Shown: one piece after another, positions 24,243 to 37,930 of the stretch
How the letters are laid out: every line of letters begins with the position of its first letter
Numbering within the stretch: position 1 is the stretch's first letter
From: Octopus vulgaris
Lineage: Eukaryota
Assembly: GCA_951406725.2 (NCBI GenBank)
Contig: OX597834.1
Location: forward strand, 31,620,001-31,684,000
DNA length: 64,000 nucleotides
Reading direction: 5' to 3'
The notes under the pieces: model-generated
Told to the model about the DNA's origin: nothing
Database searches by the model: none
The model's input: only the letters and a program-made list of their open reading frames with translations
Position numbers and translations under genes: made by a program

Positions 24243-24608
24243 CATCATCATCATCATCATTTAACGTCCGCTTTCCATGCTAGCATGGGTTGGACGGTTC
24301 AACTGGGATCTGGGGAGCCCGAAGGCTGCACCAGGCCAGTCAGATCTGGCAGTGTTTCTACAGCTGGATGCCCTTCCTAACGCCAACCACTCCGAGAGTG
24401 TAGTGGGTGATTTTATGTGCCACCGACACAAGTGCCAGACGAGGCTGGCGAACGGCCACGCTCGGATGGTGTTTTTATGTGCCACCGACACAGGTGCCAG
24501 ACGAGGCTGACGAAACGGCTACGATCGGATGGTGTTTCTTACGTGCCCACAGCACGGAGGCCAGTCGATGCGGTACTGGCTACGGCCACGTTCGGATGGT
24601 TTTCTTGT
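24242..24608 (-). mobile_element. RTE 3'-end fragment with three internal UTR modules
   Basis: Matches the 10907-11240 3' UTR, with repeated TGCCACCGACACA...CGGATGGTGTTT modules. Confidence 0.92.
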
Positions 24609-24643
<35 letters not shown>

Positions 24644-24779
24644 CAGAGTAAGTAAATAAATGTGAAACAATGTGAAAAAATAGTACTCGCATACCAGAGG
24701 TAGAGTAATATGCTTTATTACAAAGCAACGTGAAACTTTAAGAAACAGTTTTAGTGATATTTTGCTGCTTTTTAATAAA

Positions 24780-24828
<49 letters not shown>

Positions 24829-24885
24829 ATATATATATAATGGTTTATATGTTTATATATACATGTCTATATACTCTAAGTATCA

Positions 24886-25098
24886 TCGAGTTCAAAATCT
24901 GCTAAAGCTGAGTTCCCCTTACATCCTTTTGAGGTCAATATAATGAGTACCTGTTAAAAACTGATGATCAAGGTATCTGTTACCTGTTAAATGAGTATCT
25001 AGAGGTCAAGGTAATATAATGAGCATCTGTTAAACACTGGGGTCAAATTAATCAACTTACTCCCTTCTTGAAAATTTCAGGACTTGTGCCTATACTAC
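24886..25098 (+). mobile_element. SINE family B, degenerate with internal partial duplications
   Basis: GAGTTCAAAATCTGCTAAAG...CATCCTTTTGAGGTCAAT; AATGAGYA(C/T)CT recurs three times. Confidence 0.65.
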
Positions 25099-25330
25099 AG
25101 AGTAATTGTTGTTGTTGCTGTTGTATAACAACGTTAATTACCAGCTGTCAACGAATGAGATTTGAACAATTAATAAGAATTTTTCATGTTGATTTTGATT
25201 TGTTTTTGCTTTGTGTTTTTAAGAATATTTTTCCATCTGGTTCAGTGTGTAAGGTTTTTTTGTGTGTATGTTTAATGTAGAATTACAAATATTCATGACA
25301 CTTGTCTATATATATATATATATATATATA

Positions 25331-25490
25331 TCATCATTCATCATCATTTAGCGTCCGCTTTCCATGCTAGCATGGGTTGGACGGTTTAACCGGGGTCTAG
25401 GAAGCCAGAAGGCTGCACCAGGCCCAGTCTGATCTGGCAATGTTTCTATGGCTGGATACCCTTCGTAATGCCAATGCCCTTCCTAACGCC
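25331..25490 (-). mobile_element. RTE 3'-end fragment
   Basis: TTTAGCGTCCGCTTTCCATGCTAGCATGGG...GCCCTTCCTAACGCC. Confidence 0.9.
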
Positions 25491-25752
25491 ATATATATAT
25501 ATATAAATTACATGCATAAATATGTGTGTGTGTGTGTATATAAAATGTGTGTATACACTTGTAGCTTGCACATGTATGTGCATATACATACATATAAACA
25601 CACACACACATATATATGCATACATATATCTATATAAATATATATATGTGTGCATATGTGTGCACTTGTCCATATGTGTGCATGTGTCCATATGTGTGTG
25701 TATAAAGGTAAATATATATGCACACACACACACATATATACATGTGTGTGTT

Positions 25753-25791
<39 letters not shown>

Positions 25792-26198
25792 GAGTGTATG
25801 TTTTTGCCTGTATGTGTTCAAATGCACACACGCAGCCATGATGCAATACACACTCACAAGCGCAACATATGCGGGCGTGGAAAACGGACATTAGATGATG
25901 AAGATGATGATGATGATGATGATGTGTATGCATGTATGTATGTATATATCCACATACAATATTAAAAACCAAAGAAAAGTTAAGACAAAGAAAGCGATGT
26001 ATAATAAAGCCCGCAGGCGATGGAATTGTTCATCTCAACATGTACGTCCCTGCTGTTAGTTTTGTTGTTGTTGTTGTTGACTGAAGGATGTACTGTACCT
26101 GTTTCCGTTGACAACCGCTGAGTCTGAGAGTAAATATGAAATATACTGAAGAGAAGATGAAAACTAAATATTCCTTGAAATGGGAAAAAAAAATATTA

Positions 26199-26336
26199 TA
26201 ATAATAAAAATAATAATAATAATAATGATAATAATAATGATAATGATGATGATGATGATAATAATAATAATGATAATAATAATAAATAATAATAATGATA
26301 ATAATAATAATAATGATGATGATAATAATAATAATG

Positions 26337-26370
<34 letters not shown>

Positions 26371-26396
26371 TAATGATGATAATAATAATAATAATG

Positions 26397-26430
<34 letters not shown>

Positions 26431-26438
26431 TAATAATG

Positions 26439-26475
<37 letters not shown>

Positions 26476-26495
26476 TGATAATAATAATAATAATG

Positions 26496-26526
<31 letters not shown>

Positions 26527-26663
26527 TGATAATAATAATGATGATAATAATGATGATAATGATAATAATAATAATAATAATGATGATGATGATGATGATG
26601 ATAATAATGATGATAATAATAATAATAATGATGATGATGATGATGATGATGATAATAATGATG

Positions 26664-26699
<36 letters not shown>

Positions 26700-26720
26700 G
26701 TGATGATGATGATGATGAAG
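26199..26720. repeat. Compound (AAT)n/(GAT)n microsatellite, about 520 bp
   Basis: Read directly. Confidence 0.95.
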
Positions 26721-27172
26721 ATGGTGGTGGTGCTGGTGTTGTGGTGAGGAGGAAATAAAAAAAATTTGCTTTTAGCTTATCTGCAACACATTGTCTATAA
26801 GAGAGTGTGTGTATGTATGCTAGTACAGTCTGTGCATGAGATGTGTGTATGTGAAGTGTGTATGCATGTGTGTGTGCATGTGATACATACACATACATTT
26901 TGACACATACACACGCATATATGTGCGTTGTAAATCTGTGCACATGTGTGTGTGTGTGTATGTGCACGTGTGTATTTGGTGTGTACCTTACTATAATAGG
27001 TGTATGATGGCTGCTGTGAGAGCTTCAATAAAATTTTCCCTGATGGTCCATTCTGGAGAAGCATCCAAACACTCTTGGAACTTCCACAGTAGGGTTCCAA
27101 GCAACCAACCAGAATGGGGAAATGTATGCACAAACTAATAATTAATCTTGTGTCTAACAGTTTATCTTAACT

Positions 27173-27221
<49 letters not shown>

Positions 27222-27224
<3 letters not shown>

Positions 27225-27487
27225 TCATCATCATCATCATCATCATCGTTTAACGTCCGTTTTCCATGCTAGCATGGGTTGGACGGTTCAACTGGGGTCT
27301 GGGGAGCCAGTAGGCTGCGCCAGGCCCAGTCTGATCTGGCAGTGTTTCTACAGCTGGATGCCCTTCCTAACGCCAACCACTCCGTGAGTGTAGTGGGTGC
27401 TTTTTACGTGTCACCTGCACAGGTGCCACACGAGGCTGGCAAACGGCCACGATCGGATGGTGCTTTTTACATGCCACCGACATGGGG
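27222..27487 (-). mobile_element. RTE 3'-end fragment
   Basis: Near-identical to 10907-11160. Confidence 0.92.
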
Positions 27488-27538
27488 GCCATATATGTAC
27501 ATGCATACACACACACACACATAGTCCTAGTTAGCAGG

Positions 27539-27880
27539 AGTGGTATCATTCACAAACAATTTGGGCATACAGACAGAAATATTTGGGTTGCAATGGAAGT
27601 GATCTTTAAGGCCATCCTAAATAATCACAGATCCCACTTTGAGAATCCAGGACAGGTGCCATATTACAATATTAAAAAGCTGTATATGGTGACTAAAAGA
27701 GGGAGGAAAACCATATAAAATGAACTGAATGGCCTGGATCATATCTGAATAGAAGCAGGTTTGCTAACTTTGCTTGGTAGAGAGGTGAATCATTCTTAAA
27801 ACTTCACAGGATCCAGCTGCATTCCTAAACTTAAAAAGCAAAATATTTGGATAGTGCCCTTATGAAAGGAAATTTGTTTT
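27539..27880 (+). pseudogene. Decayed Penelope-like GIY-YIG endonuclease remnant
   Basis: Across frameshifts reads SGIIHK...QKYLGC/..FKAILNNHRSHFENP/..SCIW*LKEGGKPYKMN/..CLVER*IILK...FLNLKSKIFG*CPYERKF, matching the remembered PLE pattern YIG-T...FK-RY-NH--SF...IW-LK...C-LCL-EK--I...LN-RSE---KC-H--KF. Confidence 0.72.
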
Positions 27881-28940
27881 GGTATGGCTGTATGGTTAAG
27901 AGATTTGCTTTTTAACCATCTGATTGCATGCTAGCATTTTAACAAAGGAAGGATTCATTAGATAATGTACTTCTATTATGGAATACCTAAGAAAGCAAAA
28001 CCAGATGAAATGGTCACGTTTGGAACACCTTTCATAGGTGTTGCATCAATACAACAACAACAAATACAATTTCAGCCTTAGCCTTTACTAACTGGTACCA
28101 TGACCACCACTTGCTATTAACAGCTAACACTTCCACAACTACCACCACTACTACTACTCTGACAACAGTCATCACTACTTCTACAACCAATACCAGAACC
28201 AATACTATCAACTATGTTATAACACTCTTCCACCATGGCCACCACCCCCAACAACAACAACAACAACAAAATGAACAGCAACAGCAAAACTCTGCAGCCA
28301 CCATCACCATCACAAACACCACCATCAACACCACCGCCATCGTTACCATCAATGTTGTCACTACCACAATCGCCACCACCACCATCAGCAGCACCATCAC
28401 CATCACCACGTCCAGCACCTCCAACACTACCACCACCATCTCTACCATCCCCATCATCATCATCACCACCGCCATCACCACCATCACCATCACAACAAAA
28501 AACAACAACCATCATCACCACTACCGCCACCATGATACCATCACTACCACTGTCAATACCGCCCACCTACCAAGGGTACCATCGCTACCATCAATATGCA
28601 ACCACACCCTTTTCACAACCACCACTGCCACTACCATCACTTAAACCATTTCCACTTCCCCCATGACCCTTTTTCCCCTCTCCCTCTCCTACCCAACTCA
28701 TCCTTCTCATGTCTAGAATTTTCTTCATTAACATAGTTACTAGTGATTGTTTAATTAATGAAGTGTATGTCTGTATGTGTATGTGCGTATGTGTATACAC
28801 ACATACAGACATATTAATGTGTGTATGTGTTTGTATTTGTGGATATCATCATCATCATCATCATCGTTTAGCGTCCGTTTTATATATATATATATCTATA
28901 TATATATGTATGTGCATGTATATGTGTGTGTATGTGTATG

Positions 28941-28991
<51 letters not shown>

Positions 28992-29883
28992 ATGTGTGTG
29001 TGTGTATACATATATATATACATATATATCTATATCTATACACACATACACATATATATATACATATACATAAATATATATATATATTTATTATACAAAC
29101 ATATATTTAAATATATGCATATATATATATATATACACTAATATATATATATGTATATATATATATGTATATATATATGGGTGTATATATATATATATAT
29201 ATGTGTACATATATATATACATATTATATGTAGACACACACACACATACATATTTCCGTTTTTATTTGAAATAATTACCTCATTCATTAGTCTTCACCAG
29301 CTCTTCCCGCCCCCTTTATTCCTCCCCCCCAAACTCATCCCCCCGTTGCCCACCCCACCCCCAACCCCATCCCTATCACCATAATGCCCCTGTCCTGCCC
29401 ACCCTCCCCATCCCGCCCACACCTTCATCCTGTGAAAGTCATGTTCTGAATCCTTTGCCAGTAGCATCACCATCGACACCACCACCACCAATAACAACAT
29501 CACTAGCGCCCCCACCACTGCTAAAAGCAACCACATCATCATCATCACCAACTATAACAACAGCATTACCATGACCACCACCATCAGCATCACCATCACT
29601 AAAAACCACATTACCATGATCACGACTACTACCATCGCCAACACCATCATCATCACCAGCACTAACCACAGCAACAACAATATCACCATCATCACCATCA
29701 CTGCCACCATCACCATCACCATCAAAACCACTAGCAATGACACCAAAGGCAATGCCACCACCACCACCACTACCTCCACCTTCATCACAAACAGATCCAC
29801 TGCAGCCACCATCACTTAGGGCCCCTCCACCCCCTCAACTCAAAGCTGAATTATAACATCTTACAAAATACTAACAGAATGAC

Positions 29884-29953
<70 letters not shown>

Positions 29954-31230
29954 CACATATATATATACACATATATATATACACATATATATATATACAT
30001 ATATACATATATATATATATACATACATGCGTGTATACATACATATATACACACACACATATATACATACATATTTATACATATACACATGCATATATAT
30101 ATATATATATTCTCTCACACACACACATACATATATACATACAAACACACACATACACATATATATATATATATATGCTGAATAAATATATTTATATATG
30201 TGTGCATCTCAATGAATGTATAATATATATATGCACATACACACACACTTACACACACACTTACACACACACACACACACACACACATCGGTATAATCAC
30301 ATAATATGCTCCTATACATTATCCTCACACCTTCTGCTGCTAACAATCAACTTAACTAACCAATTAACTAATAGACCATCCATCCATCCACCACCACCAC
30401 CACCATTACCATCTTCACTTTCAAGTACCACTCCTAACACCACCACCATCACATCTCCACCTTCTGGTCCATCCATCTCCCCCCCCCCCCCACCGACCAT
30501 CTTCAACCTCCACCACCACCACCACCATTTCCTTTGCCACCTTCAAACACCCATGTTGTTTGCTAAACTTCATGTTGTCCTCTTCGATTATTAGTCCCGG
30601 CTCAGCCTGATTAACCTTATCCATGATTAAAAGGCATTCAAGCCATGAATGACCAGCTTATCCTTCTACCAAAGTGTATCTAGGAATACATTAAAAAATA
30701 TGTCCTTTTACTTCTTTGTTTCAGAAGACTCCAGCATCCAAGTTAAAGGGATGTTTGGCTGCTATTTTAGCAAAAACAGGTAACCACATAGAGACCTATT
30801 CATATGAGAGGCCATACATAAACTGTTGGCCCTTTTGGCCTGTTTTAGCCATATTTTAAAGATTAGGCAGTGTGAGTCACAAGTTCGCATTTTTTAACCA
30901 AATAGTTTCAGGTTCAGTCCCACAGCTGGGCATCTTCTGGATAAATGGCTTCTACTATAGCCTTCAGTCAGCCAACATCTTGCAAGGAAATTTGGTGGAC
31001 AGAAACTACAGGAAGTGTGTTGACTGTGTGTGCGTGTGTATGTGTGTGTGTGTGTGTGCTATAATGGCCTAGCCTTCTGGTCAAGGAAAATGTTCACCTG
31101 CTCGCCTAGCCAGTGGTGTGACACCATTCGAAAGTTAAAATGATGCAAAGTGCATTGTGACTAGTGATGTATAACAACATCCAATACTCAAGTTGATCAC
31201 ATGTTATATATATATATATATATATATATA

Positions 31231-31458
31231 TTTCTTTACTACCCACAAGGGGCTAAACATAGAGGGGACAAATAAGGACAGACAATCGGACTAAGTCGAT
31301 TACATCGACCCCAGTGCGTAACTGGTACTTAATTTATCGACCCCGAAAGGATGAAAGGCAAAGTCGACCACGGCGGAATTTGAACTCAGAACGTAGTGGC
31401 AGACGAAATACGGCTACGCATTTCGCCCGGTGTGCTAACGTTTCTGCCAGTTCGCTTG
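31231..31458 (-). mobile_element. SINE family B, full length and little diverged
   Basis: Reverse complement colinear with 47570-47801. Confidence 0.92.
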
Positions 31459-31471
31459 CACATACATACAT

Positions 31472-31525
<54 letters not shown>

Positions 31526-31574
31526 GCATAAATATGTATTTAGATAGGTGTATATGTATATGTTTGTATGTCCG

Positions 31575-31795
31575 TGTATGTCTTTGTGTTTGTTCCACCA
31601 CTGCCACTTGACAACCAGTGTTAGTTTGTTTATGTTCCCATAACTTAGAGGCTCAGCAAAAGAAACTGATGGAATAAGTACCAGGCTTTCAAAAACAGTA
31701 AGCACTGAGGTCAATTCATTTGAATGAAGATTCTTCAAGGTGGTGCCCCAGCATGGTCACAGCCCAAATTCTGAAACAATTAAAAGGCAAAACAT
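31575..31795 (+). mobile_element. SINE family A tail half, diverged
   Basis: TTGACAACCAGTGTTAG...AAGGTGGTGCCCCAGCATGGTCACAG...CTGAAACAA. Confidence 0.75.
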
Positions 31796-31941
31796 AAAAC
31801 ATAATATTCAAACATCACCACCGCCATCTTTCCCATTGCCGCCACCACCGCCACCATCATTATGACAACCGTCACCATCACTATTACCATTATCCCTAAC
31901 ACCACCATCAACATCCCCAACACCGCCATCACCAACACCAC

Positions 31942-32545
31942 CATCTTCCAGTTACATCACCATCATCACCAACACCACCACCACTATCACTACCACCACC
32001 ACCACCACCATCTTCCAGTTACATCACCATCATCACCAACACCACTATCACTACCACCACCACCACCTTCCAGTTACATCATCGTCCCCAACACCACCAT
32101 CACTACCACCAACACCACCATCACCACCACCATCATCTTCCAGTTACATCACCATCGTTCCCAACACCACCATCTTCCAGTTACATCACCATCGTCCCCA
32201 ACACCACCATCTTCCAGTTACATCACCATCATCACCAACACCACCATCACTACCACCACTATCACTACCACCACCACCACCATCTTCCAGATACATCACC
32301 ATCATCACCAACACCACCATCACTACCACCACCACCACCACCATCTTCCAGTTACATCATCACCATCACTACCACCACCACACCACCATCTTCCAGTTAC
32401 ATCACCATCATCACCAACACCACCATCACTACCACCACCACCACCACCACCATCTTCCAGTTACATCACCATCATCACCAACACCACCATCACTACCACC
32501 ACCACCACCATCTTCCAGTTACATCACCATCGTCCCCAACACCAT
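31942..32545. repeat. Variable-length minisatellite, 11 units anchored on CTTCCAGTTACATC
   Basis: Anchors at about 31942, 32009, 32066, 32134, 32171, 32208, 32281, 32342, 32387, 32451 and 32509, separated by (CAC/CAT) tracts. Confidence 0.92.
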
Positions 32546-32956
32546 CACCTCCAAAACCTAATCAAAACAAAAGGAATAAAAATAAAGACTTTCTTCTTTC
32601 CTTTTAATTCATTCCTTGTATTTTTCTTCTTTCCTTCGTCAGCCATGCTTCTCCTCTTTCTTTTGTATTATTTCCTTCTATTTATATTTCTTTCAATTAA
32701 TTTTCTCTTCTCTTATTCTTTTTTATTTTTTTTTATCTAATCTCTACAACTCTCTTTACTTCCTCTATTTTTTTCTCCCTTGCTTCCTTTCCATTCTTCA
32801 TTCTTCCCCACCTCCACCACCACCGCCACCACCACTGCCGCCGCAGCCGCCCTCACCACCACTATACCCACCACCGCCATACACACAAATCCTTTCTTTC
32901 TCTTTCTTATTGCTTTCTTTTATTGGTTTTCTGAATGAATAATGTTTGCAGGAGTG

Positions 32957-32959
32957 TTA

Positions 32960-32990
<31 letters not shown>

Positions 32991-32992
32991 CA

Positions 32993-33059
<67 letters not shown>

Positions 33060-33083
33060 CATTATTATTATTTATTATTAGTA

Positions 33084-33123
<40 letters not shown>

Positions 33124-33140
33124 TATTAGTATCATTATTA

Positions 33141-33175
<35 letters not shown>

Positions 33176-33204
33176 TACTATTATCATTATTATTATTATT
33201 AGTA

Positions 33205-33254
<50 letters not shown>

Positions 33255-33257
33255 TTT

Positions 33258-33321
<64 letters not shown>

Positions 33322-33322
33322 T
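32957..33322. repeat. Degenerate (ATT)n microsatellite
   Basis: Read directly. Confidence 0.95.
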
Positions 33323-33330
33323 TAACATTA

Positions 33331-33520
33331 AGGTGGCGAGTTGGCAAGATCCTTAGCATGCCTGTTGCTCCGTAGTGAGTTCAAATTCCACCGAGATCAA
33401 CTTTGCCGTTCATCCTTTTGGGGGTTGATAAATTAAGTACCAGTGAAACACTGGGGTCAATGTCATTGACTAGTCCCCCTCCTTCAAATATCAGGCCTTG
33501 TGCCTTTAGTAGATAGGATT
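33331..33520 (+). mobile_element. SINE family B with internally deleted head
   Basis: GGTGGCGAGTTGGCAAG...GAGTTCAAATTCCACCGAG...CATCCTTTTGGGGGTTGATAAATTAAGTACCAG. Confidence 0.85.
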
Positions 33521-33602
33521 ATTATTATTATCATTATTATTATCGTTATCATTATTATTAATATCAGGCTGTGAATGAAATTGACATACAGCCATGTATC
33601 TA

Positions 33603-33649
<47 letters not shown>

Positions 33650-33881
33650 ATGTATATATATATATGTATGTGTATATAAGTATGTATGTATTTATGTATA
33701 TATAGAACTTTCACACACACATACATGCTAACACACAAGAAAGAACTTCTCCTTACCAAAATTCATTGCCAAAGTTTTGTCTACCTTCATCATCCAGTCT
33801 GATGAATGCAAGCAAACTGAAATCTTGAAGGCACCACCTTCTCCCTTGTCAAATTTTAATAAACAAGTACCCTACTAAAAG

Positions 33882-34248
33882 TCTGTTTCCCTACCACATG
33901 GTTCTGGGTTCAGTCCCACTGCATGGCATCTTGGGCAAGTGTCTTCTACTATAGCCTTGGGTCGACCAAAGCCTTGTGAGTGGATTTAGTTGACAGAAAC
34001 TGAAAGATGTTCGTCATATATATATGTGTGTGTGTGTGTCTTTCTGTGTGTGTTTGTCCTCCGATCACAACTGGTGTGGGTGTGTTTACATTCTCGTAGC
34101 TTAGCAGTTCATCAAATGAGACTTACAGAATAAGCACCAGGCTTTATAAAAATAAGTCCGGTGGTCAGTTTACTTGACTAAAACTCTTCGAAGCAGTGCC
34201 CTAACATGGCCGTACTCTAATGACTGAAACTAGTAGAAGATAAAAGAA
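33882..34248 (+). mobile_element. SINE family A
   Basis: Colinear with 43350-43730. Confidence 0.87.
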
Positions 34249-34692
34249 TCCTTCAGTTTGATACAAGTCTGTATTTCTGAGAGTAGGAATTTTAAAGGAT
34301 GGATTAGTGAGATTGGTGACACCACTAGCCTGACTAAATACATAATACTTCAGTTTAATGTTTCTAAATGTACTCTGACATGAAAACAAATATTAATACA
34401 TACATAAATACGTTCATTTCCTTTTCTCAGGAAACTGCTGTCGTTGGGTAACTGATCTTACCCTGACAGCACCATGTGACCTGCCTTGACCAATAGCAGC
34501 CTATTTCTTGGTAGCCATCTTAGACTTCCAGTGTTTCTCGATTTGGTAATTTAAGCCTGAAATGGATGGGTTTCTGTTAGGGACCCATGAAACCTTATGT
34601 CACAGGAAGCCAAATCAAACTGTTTTAAATAATACATGTAACTCCTACTAAATGTGTTCAGTGCAGTTTTCTTTTGTTTGCCCACTCACTCA

Positions 34693-34748
<56 letters not shown>

Positions 34749-34788
34749 ATGTAAAATCCATAAAGGTATAGACAGATAGATATAGATG

Positions 34789-34845
<57 letters not shown>

Positions 34846-35323
34846 CAATGTAAGTTTCATAAAGGCATAGATAGCTAGATAGATAGATAGATAGATAAAA
34901 CATAAGGGAATAAATCTCTATTATCTATGATTTATTAAGCTTACACACATTTCATATAACTTGGCACACTGCAAATGCTGCACATTGCGGTATACATATT
35001 TAATTGATCCTTGATTTGACAAACTGAATTGCCATAGAAACAGAGCATTTAGCTGCCATACTATTCTTTTCAAAGCCATAAGTAGCTAAATACTCTGCTT
35101 CTGTAGAGATACCTTTAAAAACTGATTGACTTGCACTGCTAACACAGGTGGGACACCATATTGACTTATAAAAACGTTTAATATACTTGGTAATATATTG
35201 TCATTGCAAAATGAAATATGGTGTCCCTACCAGCAATAAAAATCTTAGTACCAGTTGCCAGTGTTTCATACGTAAATTGATCTATCTAGCTGTGTTATAT
35301 TACAAAATTTAGGGGCTCTTTAA

Positions 35324-35544
35324 CCCTTTTGTTACCAGCCCAGCTGAAACCGGCTCTGGCTCTGAGTACAAATGTCTTGTTTTCATAAGTTTTGAATTAA
35401 AATCTTCCACCAAACATTGGTCACAGTTTATGTTACTAACACCAGCTGAATGATAACTAAGTTTATTTTACTAAATTCTTTGTTATATTTAAAGTAATTG
35501 AAAGAAACACAGAGCATCTTAAAATAATTACAGTAATGAAAGGG
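35324..35544. mobile_element. piggyBac-type MITE, second copy
   Basis: TTAA flanks (35320-35323, 35545-35548), CCCTTTTGTTAC/GTAATGAAAGGG ends, body colinear with 6397-6616. Confidence 0.93.
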
Positions 35545-35614
35545 TTAAGCAATGTGTTCATGGCTGGTTAATAGGGTGGATGTAGAACTGAAGAAATATG
35601 TATATACCCCCATT

Positions 35615-35752
35615 GTGGTTGGTGTTAGGAAGGGCATCCAACCCCTGTCAAAACAGACAGTGAAGCCTGATGCAGTCTTCTGCCTGGCCAGCCCTTGTCA
35701 AACTGTCCAACCCATACCAGCATGAAAAATTGACGTTAAATGATGATGATGA
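35615..35752 (+). mobile_element. RTE 3'-end fragment, diverged
   Basis: GTGGTTGGTGTTAGGAAGGGCATCCA...GACGTTAAATGATGATGATG. Confidence 0.85.
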
Positions 35753-35897
35753 AGACCCATTACCAAATTTTCTGTCTTTGATCACATTGTTTACATTGAT
35801 GTATTCATATACAAATCATTGCAACTTTCAGTGCTGGCTCTAATTTCTATAGTAAATCTATAGACATAACTTGTAAAAGTGACAGTTACATATATTG

Positions 35898-36294
35898 TTT
35901 TATTCTTTTACTTGTTTCAGTCATTTGACTGTGGCCATGCTGGAGCAGCACCTTTAGTCAAACAAATTGACCCCAGGACTTATTCTTTGTAAGCCTAGTA
36001 CTTATTTTATCGTTCTCTTTTGCCAAATCGCTAAGTTACAAGGACATAAACACACCAACATCAGCGTCAAACGATGGTGGGTGGACAAACACAGGCACAG
36101 AAATACATGCATATATATATATATATATATATATATGACAGGCTTCTTTCAGTTTCCTTCTACCAAATCCACTCAAAAGGCTTTGGTCGACCTGGAGTTA
36201 TAGTAGAAGAGACTTGCCCAAGGTGCCATGAAGTGGGACTGAACCCAGAACCCCGTGGTTGGGAAGCATGCTTCTTACCACACAGCCACTCCTG
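35898..36294 (-). mobile_element. SINE family A, full length
   Basis: Colinear with 785-1163. Confidence 0.9.
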
Positions 36295-36304
36295 TATAAA
36301 TGAA

Positions 36305-36627
36305 GGTGCATGGTTTAGTGGTTAGGGTATTCAGCTCACAATCATAACGTCGTGAGTTCAATTCTCTGTAGCATGTTGTGTCCTTGAGCAAAACACTTTA
36401 TTTCACATTGCTCAAATCCACTCAGCTGGCAGAAATGAGCTGCACTTGTAATTCACAGGGCCATTCTTGTCCTATTCTGTGTCATGCTGAATCTCCCTAA
36501 GAACTACATTAAGGGTCCACATGTCTGTCGATTGCTCAGCCACTTGCACATTAATCTCACAAGCAGGCTGTTCCATTGATCCAATCAATTGGAACCTTCA
36601 TCATCGTAACCGACAGAGTGACAGTTT
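36305..36627 (+). mobile_element. tRNA-derived CORE-type SINE (third family)
   Basis: A-box-like TGGTTTAGTGG, B-box-like AGTTCAATTCT, CORE-like TGTGTCCTTGAGCAAAACACTTTA; related head on the - strand at about 56870-56985. Confidence 0.75.
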
Positions 36628-37581
36628 ACTTTCTATATAGTTGGCATATATGTATACATACATATATATATTATAGATGTGTATAATATATGTATATTAT
36701 ATAATATATATAAATATAAATATTTTATATATGCACATGTATGTAAATGCATATATGTCTATATGTGTGTACTACTACTAATACTGCTACCACCATAACT
36801 ACCATTACCACCACCACCACCTCCATCACCACCACTACTACTACAGTTCCCCCTAAACTTTTTGCATTAGCTCTTGTCACCCCATCATCTGAATCCCCTT
36901 ATTCTGGAGACATAACAACACCACCACTACCCACTACCACCACCACCACAACCTTCATCGTCACCACCACTTCCACCACCATCATCTCCACTACCACCAT
37001 CATCTCCACTTCCACCACTAGCACTGCCACCACCACCGTCGCCAACACTATCATCATCACTAACACCAACTTACCCCAGACTGTATGGTGACGGTGGTAG
37101 TGGAGAGATGGTGGTGGTGGTGGTGGTGGTGGAGAGGTATTGTGGGGGGATGAATGGGGAGCGTGGTAGGGGTGATGGGGGAGTAAATGAAAATGGTGGC
37201 ACTGGGGCTGTGGGTATGTGAGGAGTTGTTTTTGAGCTTAACCTGGTCTCTACTGATAATTCCATATTACAATCTCAGATAATTCCACACAACAGACGCT
37301 GCTCTGCCTCCTCCTCCGCCGCCACGACCACCACCACCGCCGCCACCACCACCGCCATGCCCACCCATGCCGCCTTCACTGCCGCCACCGCCGCCATTGC
37401 CCCCACACAAGCTGTAGGCTGCGTGGTGGAGTGGGGAGGCTGGAGGAGATTACTGGAGGTGTGGCGTTAGTTCGGATGGAGGTGATGGGAACAAACGCAT
37501 GCATACGCATGCATACACGTTGCAGTTAGAGAAAGGAGAGAAAAAGGAACAGACAGCTGCATTCTTGCATGTGTGTGTGTG

Positions 37582-37637
<56 letters not shown>

Positions 37638-37760
37638 GTGTGTATCTGTGTGCGGATATGTCTGTCTATTCAAAAATTCCTTCACAAATACATTAGTCAT
37701 AAATGTATGGATGTATGTATGTACATATACATAAGAGGTATATGTATGTTTATGTGTGTG

Positions 37761-37866
<106 letters not shown>

Positions 37867-37888
37867 GTATTTATATATATAATATATG

Positions 37889-37930
<42 letters not shown>

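Noticed and set aside
31862-32740. 292-aa Thr/His/Pro-rich ORF and a repeat-spacer appearance
   Set aside because: Linkers are simple trinucleotide tracts and the 3n+1 units rotate the frame; C/A-rich sequence is stop-poor by composition.
33799-33826. CTGATGA...GAAA motif
   Set aside because: No convincing stem I or stem III pairing.
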